From: an uncultured bacterium
GTDB taxonomy: Bacteria; JAGOEH01
Assembly (NCBI GenBank): GCA_964632485.1
Contig: CAZWDO010000002.1
Span: forward strand, 62,001 to 126,000
DNA length: 64,000 nucleotides
Direction of reading: 5' to 3'
The notes under the pieces were generated by a model. The model worked only from the letters and a program-made list of their open reading frames with translations, was not told the origin of the DNA and did not search any database. Within the stretch, counting starts at the first letter, position 1. Every line of letters starts with the position of its first letter. This document shows, piece by piece, positions 1 to 8,481 of this stretch. A program made the translations under genes and the position numbers.

Positions 1-666
1 CAGGAATACACGGAGAATTTAGAACGAATCGTGATGGAGCGGACAAAGGAATTGGTTGATAAGAATCGAACCCTTGAACGTCTGGCTACTATGGATATTC
101 TGACTGAATTAAATAATATGCAGAAGTTTTATGAGGAGCTTGATAAAGAGATTGAACGGTTGAGGCGCATTGTTGAGCATCGTGAAGCCAGTGGAAGTTT
201 GGTTTTGGTAATGATTGACATTGATAATCTGAAATATTATAATGAACTTTTTGGACATTGGAATGGCGATATGATCATCAAAACTATTGCGGAAATTCTT
301 AAAATGACGTTTCGTAAAAGCGATATTATTTGCCGGGTGGGCGGTGATGAATTTATGGTCATTATTCCCCAGACTAAATTACTTGAAGCTAAACGAACAT
401 GTGATCGACTGATTAGTCTGATTATTGGGAAATTTACTTTTAAAGATATGGTTTATCTGCTCGATCAATACCGGATTGAAGAGATTAAACAGATCAGCGG
501 GTATTCTGAGAATGATATCGTCCAGATTTCAATTACCGGTGGATTAGTTGAATTTGCCGGTGAACAGAGTCCTGAACGACTGGTGTCCAAGGCCAGCGAA
601 GCCCTTACTTCGGCTAAACGCAAAGGTAAAAACCATTTTGTCATTTTAGAAGCTTCGCAATCGTAG
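1..666 (+). CDS. Diguanylate cyclase (GGDEF domain), 5'-truncated by the window edge
   Basis: Frame is open from base 1. Motifs DILTEL, MIDIDNLKYYN..FGH..GD and RVGGDEF are present, with an RxxD I-site (RKSD) 5 residues before GGDEF. Confidence 0.92.
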   Translation, partial: QEYTENLERIVMERTKELVDKNRTLERLATMDILTELNNMQKFYEELDKEIERLRRIVEHREASGSLVLVMIDIDNLKYYNELFGHWNGDMIIKTIAEILKMTFRKSDIICRVGGDEFMVIIPQTKLLEAKRTCDRLISLIIGKFTFKDMVYLLDQYRIEEIKQISGYSENDIVQISITGGLVEFAGEQSPERLVSKASEALTSAKRKGKNHFVILEASQS

Positions 667-766
667 GGCTATTGGCATTTCAGTATAAACTATTGTCCCG
701 AATCGACTCGATTCCAACTATTTATATCTATGTTAATTTTCTGCCTGAAAGTGGTTGTATATTAAT

Positions 767-890
767 GGTGTCGGTATCGCGGGTCTGCTTGCTGAGAGAT
801 GGGTTTGAGATTTACCTTATGACATAATTCGGTTTTATGTCTGATCGGTAATCTACAAGAGAAACTCGGGTTCTGCTCAATGGCCAGTCA
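767..890 (+). ncRNA. Candidate structured RNA (long imperfect hairpin) between convergent genes
   Basis: GACATAA 821-827 pairs with TTATGTC 835-841. TTGAGATTTACC 805-816 pairs with GGTAATCTACAA 847-858. TATATT lies at 758-763. Family not recognised and strand uncertain. Confidence 0.3.
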
Positions 891-898
891 ATAAAAAT

Positions 899-1558
899 TT
901 ATTCGAATGTTTTAATATCCGCATCGATAGTGAGTGAGCACGCGGTTTTTTGAATAATTTCATCAACGCTATAATCCCGATGGTGTTCCATTAATATCAA
1001 GTTGTTTTCTGTCACTTTAATCACTGCCATTTCAGTAACGATTGTATCGACACAATGAACGCCGGTTAGAGGCAAGGTACATTTTTTTAATATTTTAGAA
1101 TTGCCGTTTTTATCGCAATGTTCCATACCGACGATGACGCGTTTGGAACCCGTGACTAAATCCATGGCGCCTCCCATCCCGGGCACGATTTTTCCGGGAA
1201 CCATCCAATTGGCCAGGTTCCCTTCCTCATCGACCTGTAATCCTCCCAACACCGTAACATCGAGATGTTTCCCGCGAATAATCCCGAAAGAATAGGCTGA
1301 GTCGAAGAAACTGGCAAAGGGCTGGACAGTAATGAAGCCGCCACCGGCATTGATCATATCAGGATCGATCTGATCTGGTGCGGGTAGAGGACCCATTCCC
1401 AGACAGCCATTTTCAGAATGGAAAATAATACTGATGTTGGACGGAATATAATTGGCGACAAGTGTTGGCAGGCCGATACCCAAATTCACAAGGTTTCCAT
1501 CTTGCAGTTCCCGGGCGATGCGTCGGGCAATCGTCTCCTTGATCTGATTTTTATCCAT
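899..1558 (-). CDS. atoA: 3-oxoacid (acetoacetate/butyrate) CoA-transferase subunit B
   Basis: VNLGIGLPT, SENG (catalytic Glu) and GMGGAMDLV motifs; adjacent to subunit A. Confidence 0.93.
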   Translation of the reverse strand: MDKNQIKETIARRIARELQDGNLVNLGIGLPTLVANYIPSNISIIFHSENGCLGMGPLPAPDQIDPDMINAGGGFITVQPFASFFDSAYSFGIIRGKHLDVTVLGGLQVDEEGNLANWMVPGKIVPGMGGAMDLVTGSKRVIVGMEHCDKNGNSKILKKCTLPLTGVHCVDTIVTEMAVIKVTENNLILMEHHRDYSVDEIIQKTACSLTIDADIKTFE

Positions 1559-1573
1559 AATGAACTCCTGAAA

Positions 1574-2230
1574 TCAAAGGGTTGATATGAGATAATGAAC
1601 AAAAACACCCGGAACGTGGACAAAATCGGGTTCGATTTCGCCAATTTCCACAATTTCATCGACTTCAGCGATGGTAAGTTCAGCAGCCATAGCCATAGCA
1701 GGGTTAGTATTTTGTGTTGTTCCATGGAATTGGAGGTTGCCAAATCGATCCGCCCGATGGGCTTTTACCAGGGCGACTCTTCCGCGGATTGGTTTTTGCA
1801 GCAGATAAGATTGGCCGTCGATTTCGATTACCGTACATTTTTCCTGGATCACCGTACCCAGTCCTGTGGGAGTCAATACTCCGCCCAGACCCATTCCGGC
1901 AACTCTGACGGCTTCGGAAAAAGTCCCCTGAGGCAAGAATGTGATTTCGAGTGTTTTTTCGATATATTGTTTTTGCGTTTCCGGATTGGTTCCAATATGC
2001 GAAGTAATCAGATGTTTCACCTGGCGATTGACAATCAGTTTGCCAATGCCACGATCCGGATAATCACTGGAAATTCCAATAACCGTCAGGTTTTGACAAT
2101 TCGCCTGGACTAATGCGTTAATGAGTGTTTCCGGCGCTCCAACTGCCAGGAATCCGCCAACCATTACCGAATCATTGTCCCTGATAAACTCGCATGCCTG
2201 CTTGGCCGTAATGATAGGTTTTTCGATCAT
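1574..2230 (-). CDS. atoD: 3-oxoacid CoA-transferase subunit A
   Basis: VMVGGFLAVGAP, SHIGTNP, PQGT, TPTGLGT and KAHRADRFGNL motifs. Confidence 0.93.
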   Translation of the reverse strand: MIEKPIITAKQACEFIRDNDSVMVGGFLAVGAPETLINALVQANCQNLTVIGISSDYPDRGIGKLIVNRQVKHLITSHIGTNPETQKQYIEKTLEITFLPQGTFSEAVRVAGMGLGGVLTPTGLGTVIQEKCTVIEIDGQSYLLQKPIRGRVALVKAHRADRFGNLQFHGTTQNTNPAMAMAAELTIAEVDEIVEIGEIEPDFVHVPGVFVHYLISTL

Positions 2231-2967
2231 AATTTCATTCCCTTTTTAATAATTAGACGATCGACGATAAATGATGCGACATCGGAGGGCAGAGTCCCTG
2301 CGCCGAAACCGCCATCATAGCCCAATTCCAGCGCATCCCGATGAGTGATGCGAGGTCCGCCACAGATTAAAATGACTTGCGATCTTAGATTTTCCGCTTC
2401 TATTATTTCTGTCAGGCGGGTCAAATTTTTTAAATGCAGATTGTTTTGAGTTACAATTTGTGAAATTAGCACAACTTCCGCCTGATATTGGCGGATTTTG
2501 ACCGCTATTTCCTCCGAAGGGACCTGAGCTCCGAGGTTATAGGTCTCAAAAAAGTGGTAACGTTCAAGTCCATAATCTCCATTGTAACCTTTCATATTCA
2601 AAATAGCATCAATACCAACGGTATGGGCATCGGTTTCAATGCATGCGCCGATAACCCGGATAGGCCGTCCCCAATGTTGGGCAATCAGTTCGTCGATTTC
2701 ATGTATTTCCCAATGATGAGTTTCTACGTCAATTACTTCCAGTTGGTCTGTATCGATGGATTGAGAAAGTATGGCATAAGCGACGACAAACGTAAACCTT
2801 TCATGCATGTTTTCAATACGACTGATTTGAATATTCAGAAATCCGGCCTTGTGTAGTAGTTCATTTGCCGCTTCTTTGGCCAGCGCGCCGGATTCAATGG
2901 GCAATGTGAATGAAATCTGAATTTTTCCATCGTTGAGTTGATCGCCATACGGCCGGATGAGCGCCAT
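2227..2967 (-). CDS. kamE: Lysine 5,6-aminomutase beta subunit (B12/PLP-binding)
   Basis: PYGD..NDGKIQISFTLP dimerisation domain; DAHTVGIDAILNMKGY containing the DxH cobalamin motif and PLP lysine; GGFGAGT. Confidence 0.93.
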   Translation of the reverse strand: MALIRPYGDQLNDGKIQISFTLPIESGALAKEAANELLHKAGFLNIQISRIENMHERFTFVVAYAILSQSIDTDQLEVIDVETHHWEIHEIDELIAQHWGRPIRVIGACIETDAHTVGIDAILNMKGYNGDYGLERYHFFETYNLGAQVPSEEIAVKIRQYQAEVVLISQIVTQNNLHLKNLTRLTEIIEAENLRSQVILICGGPRITHRDALELGYDGGFGAGTLPSDVASFIVDRLIIKKGMKL

Positions 2968-2981
2968 TAAAGACCTCTTTT

Positions 2982-4541
2982 CTATTTAAAAATCAGTTGC
3001 TGTGAAAAATATTCAAAAAACGGATTAATATACGTTTGCTTTTTGGCAAAAACTCCTTCAGCTCCTTTACCGCCGGTCATCGGCCGCTTGATTTCGGCAA
3101 ATACTCCTTTTGCCAACGCTTCAAATAATCCTTCTTGATTGACCTCTTCCAAAAGCGCAATCGTTTCTCCCAAAACCTGCTCGGCTCTTTGGACGAGGAA
3201 ACTGTCCGGTTTGATTTCAAATTGGTCAGCGAGATCGGAAATAGCATTCATAATATAACGGGAATTTTGGATTGCTAAGTACCGATCCTGAAGGAAAGGA
3301 GTATGAATGGCTTCCGTCAGCATTCCCAGAAGCTGAATCTTTTGGTGAGTCAATTTGCCAGCGAAATTGAACATACTATTGACGGCGTAGGTACGAAATA
3401 TATTGCCGTCCATGTGTTTTGTCGGAGGCATGTATTTCAGGGGAGCATTCGGGAAAACTGTTCGCGCCAGCAAGGCATGGGAGAGTTCGAAAAGAAAACT
3501 GTTTTTGATTTCAGGATTTATTTCAAATGCATGGCCTAAGCCCATTTGCTGGTCACTCAGACCCGATTGACAGGCAAATTGCTCATTGATCAACTGCGAA
3601 GCTAACACAGTATGCGCTTTTTCTATCGCATCGGAAGTTGTCAGGTAATTGTCTTCGCCGGTGTTGATGATAATTCCCGCGTACGCATTGATCATACGGC
3701 TGAAATACTGATCCAGCAAGGTACGTCGAGGATTAATATCGCGAAACAATATACCGTACAATGCATCATTCAGCAACATATCCAATCGTTCCAACGAGGC
3801 CATGGCGGCAATTTCCGGCATGCATAATCCCGAGGCATAATTGGTTAGATAGAGATATCGTTTCTCGCTATCCATCAATTCGTCAAGGGCTTCACGCATG
3901 ATGCGAAAATTCTCCTGGGTTGCATACGTTCCGCCAAACCCCTCGGTCGTAGCGCCGTAGGGCACGTAATCCAGTAACGATTGAGCTGTCGACCGGATAA
4001 CGGCAATGACATCGGCGCCGGCTTGTACTGCGGCTCGCGCCTGGGGAATATCTTCGTGTATGTTGCCTGTCGCCACTATTACGTATAATAACGGTTCATG
4101 GTTATTGGCATTCTGGATTTGTAATTCTGTTCTCTTCTCTCGCTGGCGGTCAATTCGATCTAGTCCCCACCGGCTTAAATTTTTTGCGATTTGATGGAGC
4201 TGATGATTGTCAGCGGCGCTGATATCCGGGATCTCTTTATGACTCTTAATGATCTGCTCAACGATCTGTTGTGGTGATTGTCCATTATCTCTGACCAGTG
4301 CAGCCATTATTAGCGCTGCTCCGTCTGTAATCCTTCCCTGTTGTTCAACGTAATCGACGAACCGATTGGCTAATGGAATCCCCATTTCATCGGTTCCATC
4401 TACGCCAAAAAGCCGAATGATCGTCCGTTCAATTGAGATTGTACTATATTGACGAAAAAATGGTGTTAGCTGTTCTGTTATTTGTTGGGCTAATTGTCGC
4501 GCCCGGTTTATTCGATGAGGGTCGAGCGGTAGATTCCACAT
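2982..4541 (-). CDS. kamD: Lysine 5,6-aminomutase alpha subunit
   Basis: YVIVATGNIHEDI, SLLDYVPYGATTEGFGGTYATQENFR, NYASGLCMPEIA and KYMPPTK motifs. Confidence 0.95.
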   Translation of the reverse strand: MWNLPLDPHRINRARQLAQQITEQLTPFFRQYSTISIERTIIRLFGVDGTDEMGIPLANRFVDYVEQQGRITDGAALIMAALVRDNGQSPQQIVEQIIKSHKEIPDISAADNHQLHQIAKNLSRWGLDRIDRQREKRTELQIQNANNHEPLLYVIVATGNIHEDIPQARAAVQAGADVIAVIRSTAQSLLDYVPYGATTEGFGGTYATQENFRIMREALDELMDSEKRYLYLTNYASGLCMPEIAAMASLERLDMLLNDALYGILFRDINPRRTLLDQYFSRMINAYAGIIINTGEDNYLTTSDAIEKAHTVLASQLINEQFACQSGLSDQQMGLGHAFEINPEIKNSFLFELSHALLARTVFPNAPLKYMPPTKHMDGNIFRTYAVNSMFNFAGKLTHQKIQLLGMLTEAIHTPFLQDRYLAIQNSRYIMNAISDLADQFEIKPDSFLVQRAEQVLGETIALLEEVNQEGLFEALAKGVFAEIKRPMTGGKGAEGVFAKKQTYINPFFEYFSQQLIFK

Positions 4542-4730
4542 GATTGACTCCTTTTTTACAACTTATGGATAATATAATCATAACCCAACAAAAAACCACG
4601 TCTTCTTATAAAAATTTAAATTTTAAAAAAAAAATCTTCATGATTGAGAGAGTCATAATTGACTTGACTTTTCAACAATTTTTCATTTAATTAAGAGTAA
4701 AGAATTTTAAACATGAGGGAGCTCTGAAAA

Positions 4731-6074
4731 ATGAACCAGGAACCCGTTATCCGTATCGGTGTTTTATTATGTGATTCCATGATTGAAATGGAATTGTTCG
4801 GCGCTTATCGCACGCCTCAAATCGATCAATTGATTACCAATCAGTTGATTAAAATTGAAATTAATAATAATACTCTCAAATTATGGGTAAATCGACAATT
4901 AGTAGCTGAAAACCTTGATAAAATTGAATTCACCGCCACCCAACTTGATAAAAATTACGGTGAGCTAAAGGATGTCATCATCGGGATCAATTTTCATTGG
5001 GAACGCAAGGAAAATCAAAGTTTTCAGGGTAATTTCGAATTTTTGCCCGTTGATAATCAAATCCAGGTAATCAATGTCATTCCAATTGAAAACTATCTCA
5101 TGAGTGTCATCTCTTCGGAAATGAATCCCAACGGCCATATAGAATTTTTAAAAGCTCACGCGATTATTTCCCGAAGTTGGCTTTTGGCTAATATTGAAAA
5201 GAGCAAAGCTCCCAAATCGGCTGAGGAAATGATAATCAGCAAAGATGAAATCAAACGCTGGTATGACCGAGAGGACCATCATTTATTCGATGTTTGCGCC
5301 GATGATCATTGTCAGCGGTATCAGGGAATCGGAAAAATTGAAAATCGGGCAGCCATTTTGGCGGTGGAAGAAACCCGGGGTAAAGTGTTGGTATTCAAGG
5401 ATGCCGTTTGTGATGCTCGTTTTTACAAATGTTGTGGGGGAGTTACTGAGAATTATGAATATGTCTGGGATCATCAGGAAATCCCGTACTTACGTACTAT
5501 CGTTGATTACCGTGAGCAACCTGCGGGCTTCGCTTTGAATTTGAGCGACGAAAAAGCCGCAGAAGCCTGGATTCTGGGAAATCCGCCAGCTTTTTGCAAT
5601 ACTCAGGACCAACGGATACTGGGAAAAGTTTTAAAGGATTTTGATCAGGAAACCAAAGATTTCTATCGATGGAAAATTATTTATACCCAGAGTGAATTGA
5701 TCGAGTTGTTGAATAAAAAAATGGGATTGGATTTGGGCCGTATCCGGAATTTGAAATCATTGGCCAGAGGTCTTTCTGCGCGAATTTGTCGGTTATTAAT
5801 TGAAGGTGAAAAGGCGAGTATTATTATTGGTAAGGAATTGGAGATTCGGAAGGCTCTTTCCTCCTCTCATTTATACAGTTCTGCTTTTGTCGTGATGTCC
5901 TTGAATCCCGATGAAGATGGTTTCCCTGAAAAATTTGAATTGATTGGCGCCGGATGGGGTCATGGTGTCGGGTTGTGCCAGATTGGAGCGGCTGTTATGG
6001 CTGAAGAGAGTTATTCCTGTGAGCAGATTCTGGCTCATTATTTTTTGGATTCACAGTTGAAAATCATTTATTAA
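4731..6074 (+). CDS. SpoIID/LytB domain peptidoglycan lytic transglycosylase-like protein
   Basis: IENYLMSVISSEM, LKAHAIISRS, DVCADDHCQRYQG and GAGWGHGVGLCQIGA motifs. Confidence 0.9.
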   Translation: MNQEPVIRIGVLLCDSMIEMELFGAYRTPQIDQLITNQLIKIEINNNTLKLWVNRQLVAENLDKIEFTATQLDKNYGELKDVIIGINFHWERKENQSFQGNFEFLPVDNQIQVINVIPIENYLMSVISSEMNPNGHIEFLKAHAIISRSWLLANIEKSKAPKSAEEMIISKDEIKRWYDREDHHLFDVCADDHCQRYQGIGKIENRAAILAVEETRGKVLVFKDAVCDARFYKCCGGVTENYEYVWDHQEIPYLRTIVDYREQPAGFALNLSDEKAAEAWILGNPPAFCNTQDQRILGKVLKDFDQETKDFYRWKIIYTQSELIELLNKKMGLDLGRIRNLKSLARGLSARICRLLIEGEKASIIIGKELEIRKALSSSHLYSSAFVVMSLNPDEDGFPEKFELIGAGWGHGVGLCQIGAAVMAEESYSCEQILAHYFLDSQLKIIY

Positions 6075-6090
6075 ACAGGCAGGCAAAATA

Positions 6091-6966
6091 ATGTTATCCA
6101 GTATGACCGGATTTGGCACCGCTTCGATTAATACGATTGACATTCATTGTCGATTTGATATTCGCAGCATTAATCAAAAACAATTGGAAATCAATGGGAA
6201 TCTTCCTTTTTTTCTTCAACCCTTTGAAAGCGATATCCGGCAATGGATCGCGCAGAGAATTCGACGGGGGCGGTTAAATTTTTTTCTAAAGGTAATTCAT
6301 TGGAAACGAACCAGCGAAATTTATCTGAATTCAGAACGATTGGAAAAAATACTTGATAAAATTAAACACGTCAATCAGAAGGAACAGATAAACATAGAAG
6401 TTGATTTAGCTTCAGTTCTCTCCATCCCTGAGATACTGGTAATCGATGAAGAGGAGCTGGCGCGTGAAGATGTGATACGCATCTTGAAACCGATGGTAGA
6501 AGAGGCGCTGGATCAATTAGTGCAAAGTCGATGCCGGGAAGGTGAGTTTTTGTTGGCTGAAATATGGCAGAGTCTTGGCAAGATTGAACGCAGCGTCGCG
6601 ATTATTAGCCGTTTTCAAGATGAATCCAAGCAAGAGATCCGTGGCGGGTTTGAAAATCGCATTCAGCAGTATCTGGAGGATAAAAATCTGGACCAGCAAC
6701 GCTTGTACCAGGAATTGGCTTATTTGCTCGATAAAGCGGATATCCAGGAAGAACTGGTTCGTTTGCAAAGTCATTTAGAGCAAGCCAAAAAACTGCTTAA
6801 CGACGAGCATTCTTCCGGGAAAATGTTTTTGTTTCTCACTCAGGAAATGCAGCGGGAAGCCAATACTTTGGGGAGCAAATGTCATTTTTTACCAATTATA
6901 CATGAAAATCTGATTGTAAAAGAAGAGATCGAGCGGATTCGGGAGCAAATTCAGAATGTTGAATAG
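6091..6966 (+). CDS. yicC: YicC/YloC family endoribonuclease
   Basis: SMTGFG N-terminus, DIQEELVRLQSH, QEMQREANTLGSK and IREQIQNVE C-terminus. Confidence 0.93.
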   Translation: MLSSMTGFGTASINTIDIHCRFDIRSINQKQLEINGNLPFFLQPFESDIRQWIAQRIRRGRLNFFLKVIHWKRTSEIYLNSERLEKILDKIKHVNQKEQINIEVDLASVLSIPEILVIDEEELAREDVIRILKPMVEEALDQLVQSRCREGEFLLAEIWQSLGKIERSVAIISRFQDESKQEIRGGFENRIQQYLEDKNLDQQRLYQELAYLLDKADIQEELVRLQSHLEQAKKLLNDEHSSGKMFLFLTQEMQREANTLGSKCHFLPIIHENLIVKEEIERIREQIQNVE

Positions 6967-7570
6967 CTTTCATACTGGTTTTGCCGTTATTGTATCAGCG
7001 CCGTCGGGCGCTGGTAAATCAACGATTTGTCACTTGCTTCAACAACGTTCTCCGGAAATTTTTGTAATTTCACGTTCATGCACGACCCGCCCGAAACGAT
7101 CCAGTGATGCGGATGACGCTTATTATTTTACCGATGAAAAATCATTTCGACAACGCATTGAACAACAAGAATTTATGGAATGGGCACTGGTGCATCAAAA
7201 CTATTACGGCACCTTGAAAAGTGAAGTGGATGAACCGTGCAGACGCAATCAGATTGTATTACTGGATATTGACGTGCAGGGGGCGGCTCAGATCATGAAA
7301 GGGAATCGGACGTTTCCCTCTATTTTTGTTTTGCCACCTTCATGGTCGGAACTCGAACGTCGGCTGAGGAACCGAGGAAGCGATGCTGATGATCAGATCG
7401 CTCTTCGTCTCAACCAAGCCCGACAGGAATGTCAGATGATGGATTTGTATGGTTATGTAGTTGTTAATTCTGACGTTGAATCTACATATCAAATTTTTTT
7501 ACAAATTATTCAAAGCGAAACATACCGGCATCATCACATTCAATCCTCATTTTTTACACAATTTCAATAG
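6956..7570 (+). CDS. gmk: Guanylate kinase
   Basis: SAPSGAGKST P-loop, TTRPKR, YYGT, LDIDVQGA and LERRLRNRG motifs. Confidence 0.96.
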   Translation: MLNSFHTGFAVIVSAPSGAGKSTICHLLQQRSPEIFVISRSCTTRPKRSSDADDAYYFTDEKSFRQRIEQQEFMEWALVHQNYYGTLKSEVDEPCRRNQIVLLDIDVQGAAQIMKGNRTFPSIFVLPPSWSELERRLRNRGSDADDQIALRLNQARQECQMMDLYGYVVVNSDVESTYQIFLQIIQSETYRHHHIQSSFFTQFQ

Positions 7571-7573
7571 GAG

Positions 7574-7801
7574 ATGATCGCTATGCATTTAGATTTCATT
7601 CCATTGGACATTTTAGCCCAGCGGGGATTAAACCCGTTTGAACTGGTAATTGTTGCCGCCAAGGAAGCTCGCAACATCAATAAGGTGCGCATTGTCGAAA
7701 AAGAAAAAAATCCCGATCTCCACCAGGATTTTGTAGCTGATAAAGTATATATCGAATCTTTATATAAAGTCCTGAATGATGAGGTGGAATACTATTACTG
7801 A
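7574..7801 (+). CDS. rpoZ: RNA polymerase omega subunit
   Basis: NPFELVIVAAKEARNIN motif, size, and position directly after gmk. Confidence 0.8.
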   Translation: MIAMHLDFIPLDILAQRGLNPFELVIVAAKEARNINKVRIVEKEKNPDLHQDFVADKVYIESLYKVLNDEVEYYY

Positions 7802-7803
7802 TC

Positions 7804-8481
7804 ATGCTCAAGCATGTCCTTAACTACTATCAGTATCTGGCCGACACGTTTGAGAAAGAAACCTGGTTTGATCCGCTTTGGCTAAGCAGCGGAGCTGAAA
7901 CGGAAGCGCCGCGTCAAAATTCTCGTCGCGATCAAATGGTCGAATTACATAATCGCTATAAAAATTGCCATTTATGTACGTTTGCCCGCGAGCGTAAGAA
8001 AATGATTGTCGGCGCGGGAAATTGCGATGCCCAGTTGTTGATTATCGGTTTAGCTCCTTTTCCTGAAGATATAAAATCAAATTACCCATTAGTGGGGAGA
8101 TATCCGGATTTAATCGATAAAATGATGAAACATATCGGTTTGGATCGTGATTGTATATTTACGACTACTTTTTTTAAATGCCCATTACCATTGGATACCC
8201 AGGTGGCGTTTGAACAAAGTCACCATTGCCGCCAAATGCTGGTGGAACAATTATCCATATTAAATCCCAAAGCCATTTTATTATTGGGAGAAAAAGTATA
8301 TCATTTATTTTATCAATCACGTTTAGCGCTGGCTTCGATCCGCGCCAAACAGGTGTATTATCAAAAAATTCCTGTGTTAGTAACATGGGATATCGATGAA
8401 ATTGCGACAGGGGACAAAACATTGAAATTAGAAGTAAAAACTGACCTTGAACGTATTAAAGGCTGGTTAAATGGCCACTAA
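7804..8481 (+). CDS. Family-4 uracil-DNA glycosylase-like Fe-S protein with degenerate catalytic motifs
   Basis: CxxC (CHLC), GAGN, LIIGLAP, KCP, a fourth Cys in HHCRQ, and ILLLGE match the UDG-F4 fold. GEAPG, PFVG, TN and HPA motifs are altered. Confidence 0.8.
   Translation: MLKHVLNYYQYLADTFEKETWFDPLWLSSGAETEAPRQNSRRDQMVELHNRYKNCHLCTFARERKKMIVGAGNCDAQLLIIGLAPFPEDIKSNYPLVGRYPDLIDKMMKHIGLDRDCIFTTTFFKCPLPLDTQVAFEQSHHCRQMLVEQLSILNPKAILLLGEKVYHLFYQSRLALASIRAKQVYYQKIPVLVTWDIDEIATGDKTLKLEVKTDLERIKGWLNGH

Noticed and set aside
780-865. TPP riboswitch resemblance (GCTGAGA, TACCTTATGA, CTGATCGGTAAT)
   Set aside because: The P4/P5 pairing and GCG..GGA 3' end are missing, a hairpin interrupts the core, and there is no same-strand downstream gene.
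2227-4541. Ornithine 4,5-aminomutase (oraSE) as an alternative call
   Set aside because: Subunit sizes (519 and 246 aa) and motifs fit KamD/KamE. OraE is a single larger chain with a small OraS partner.
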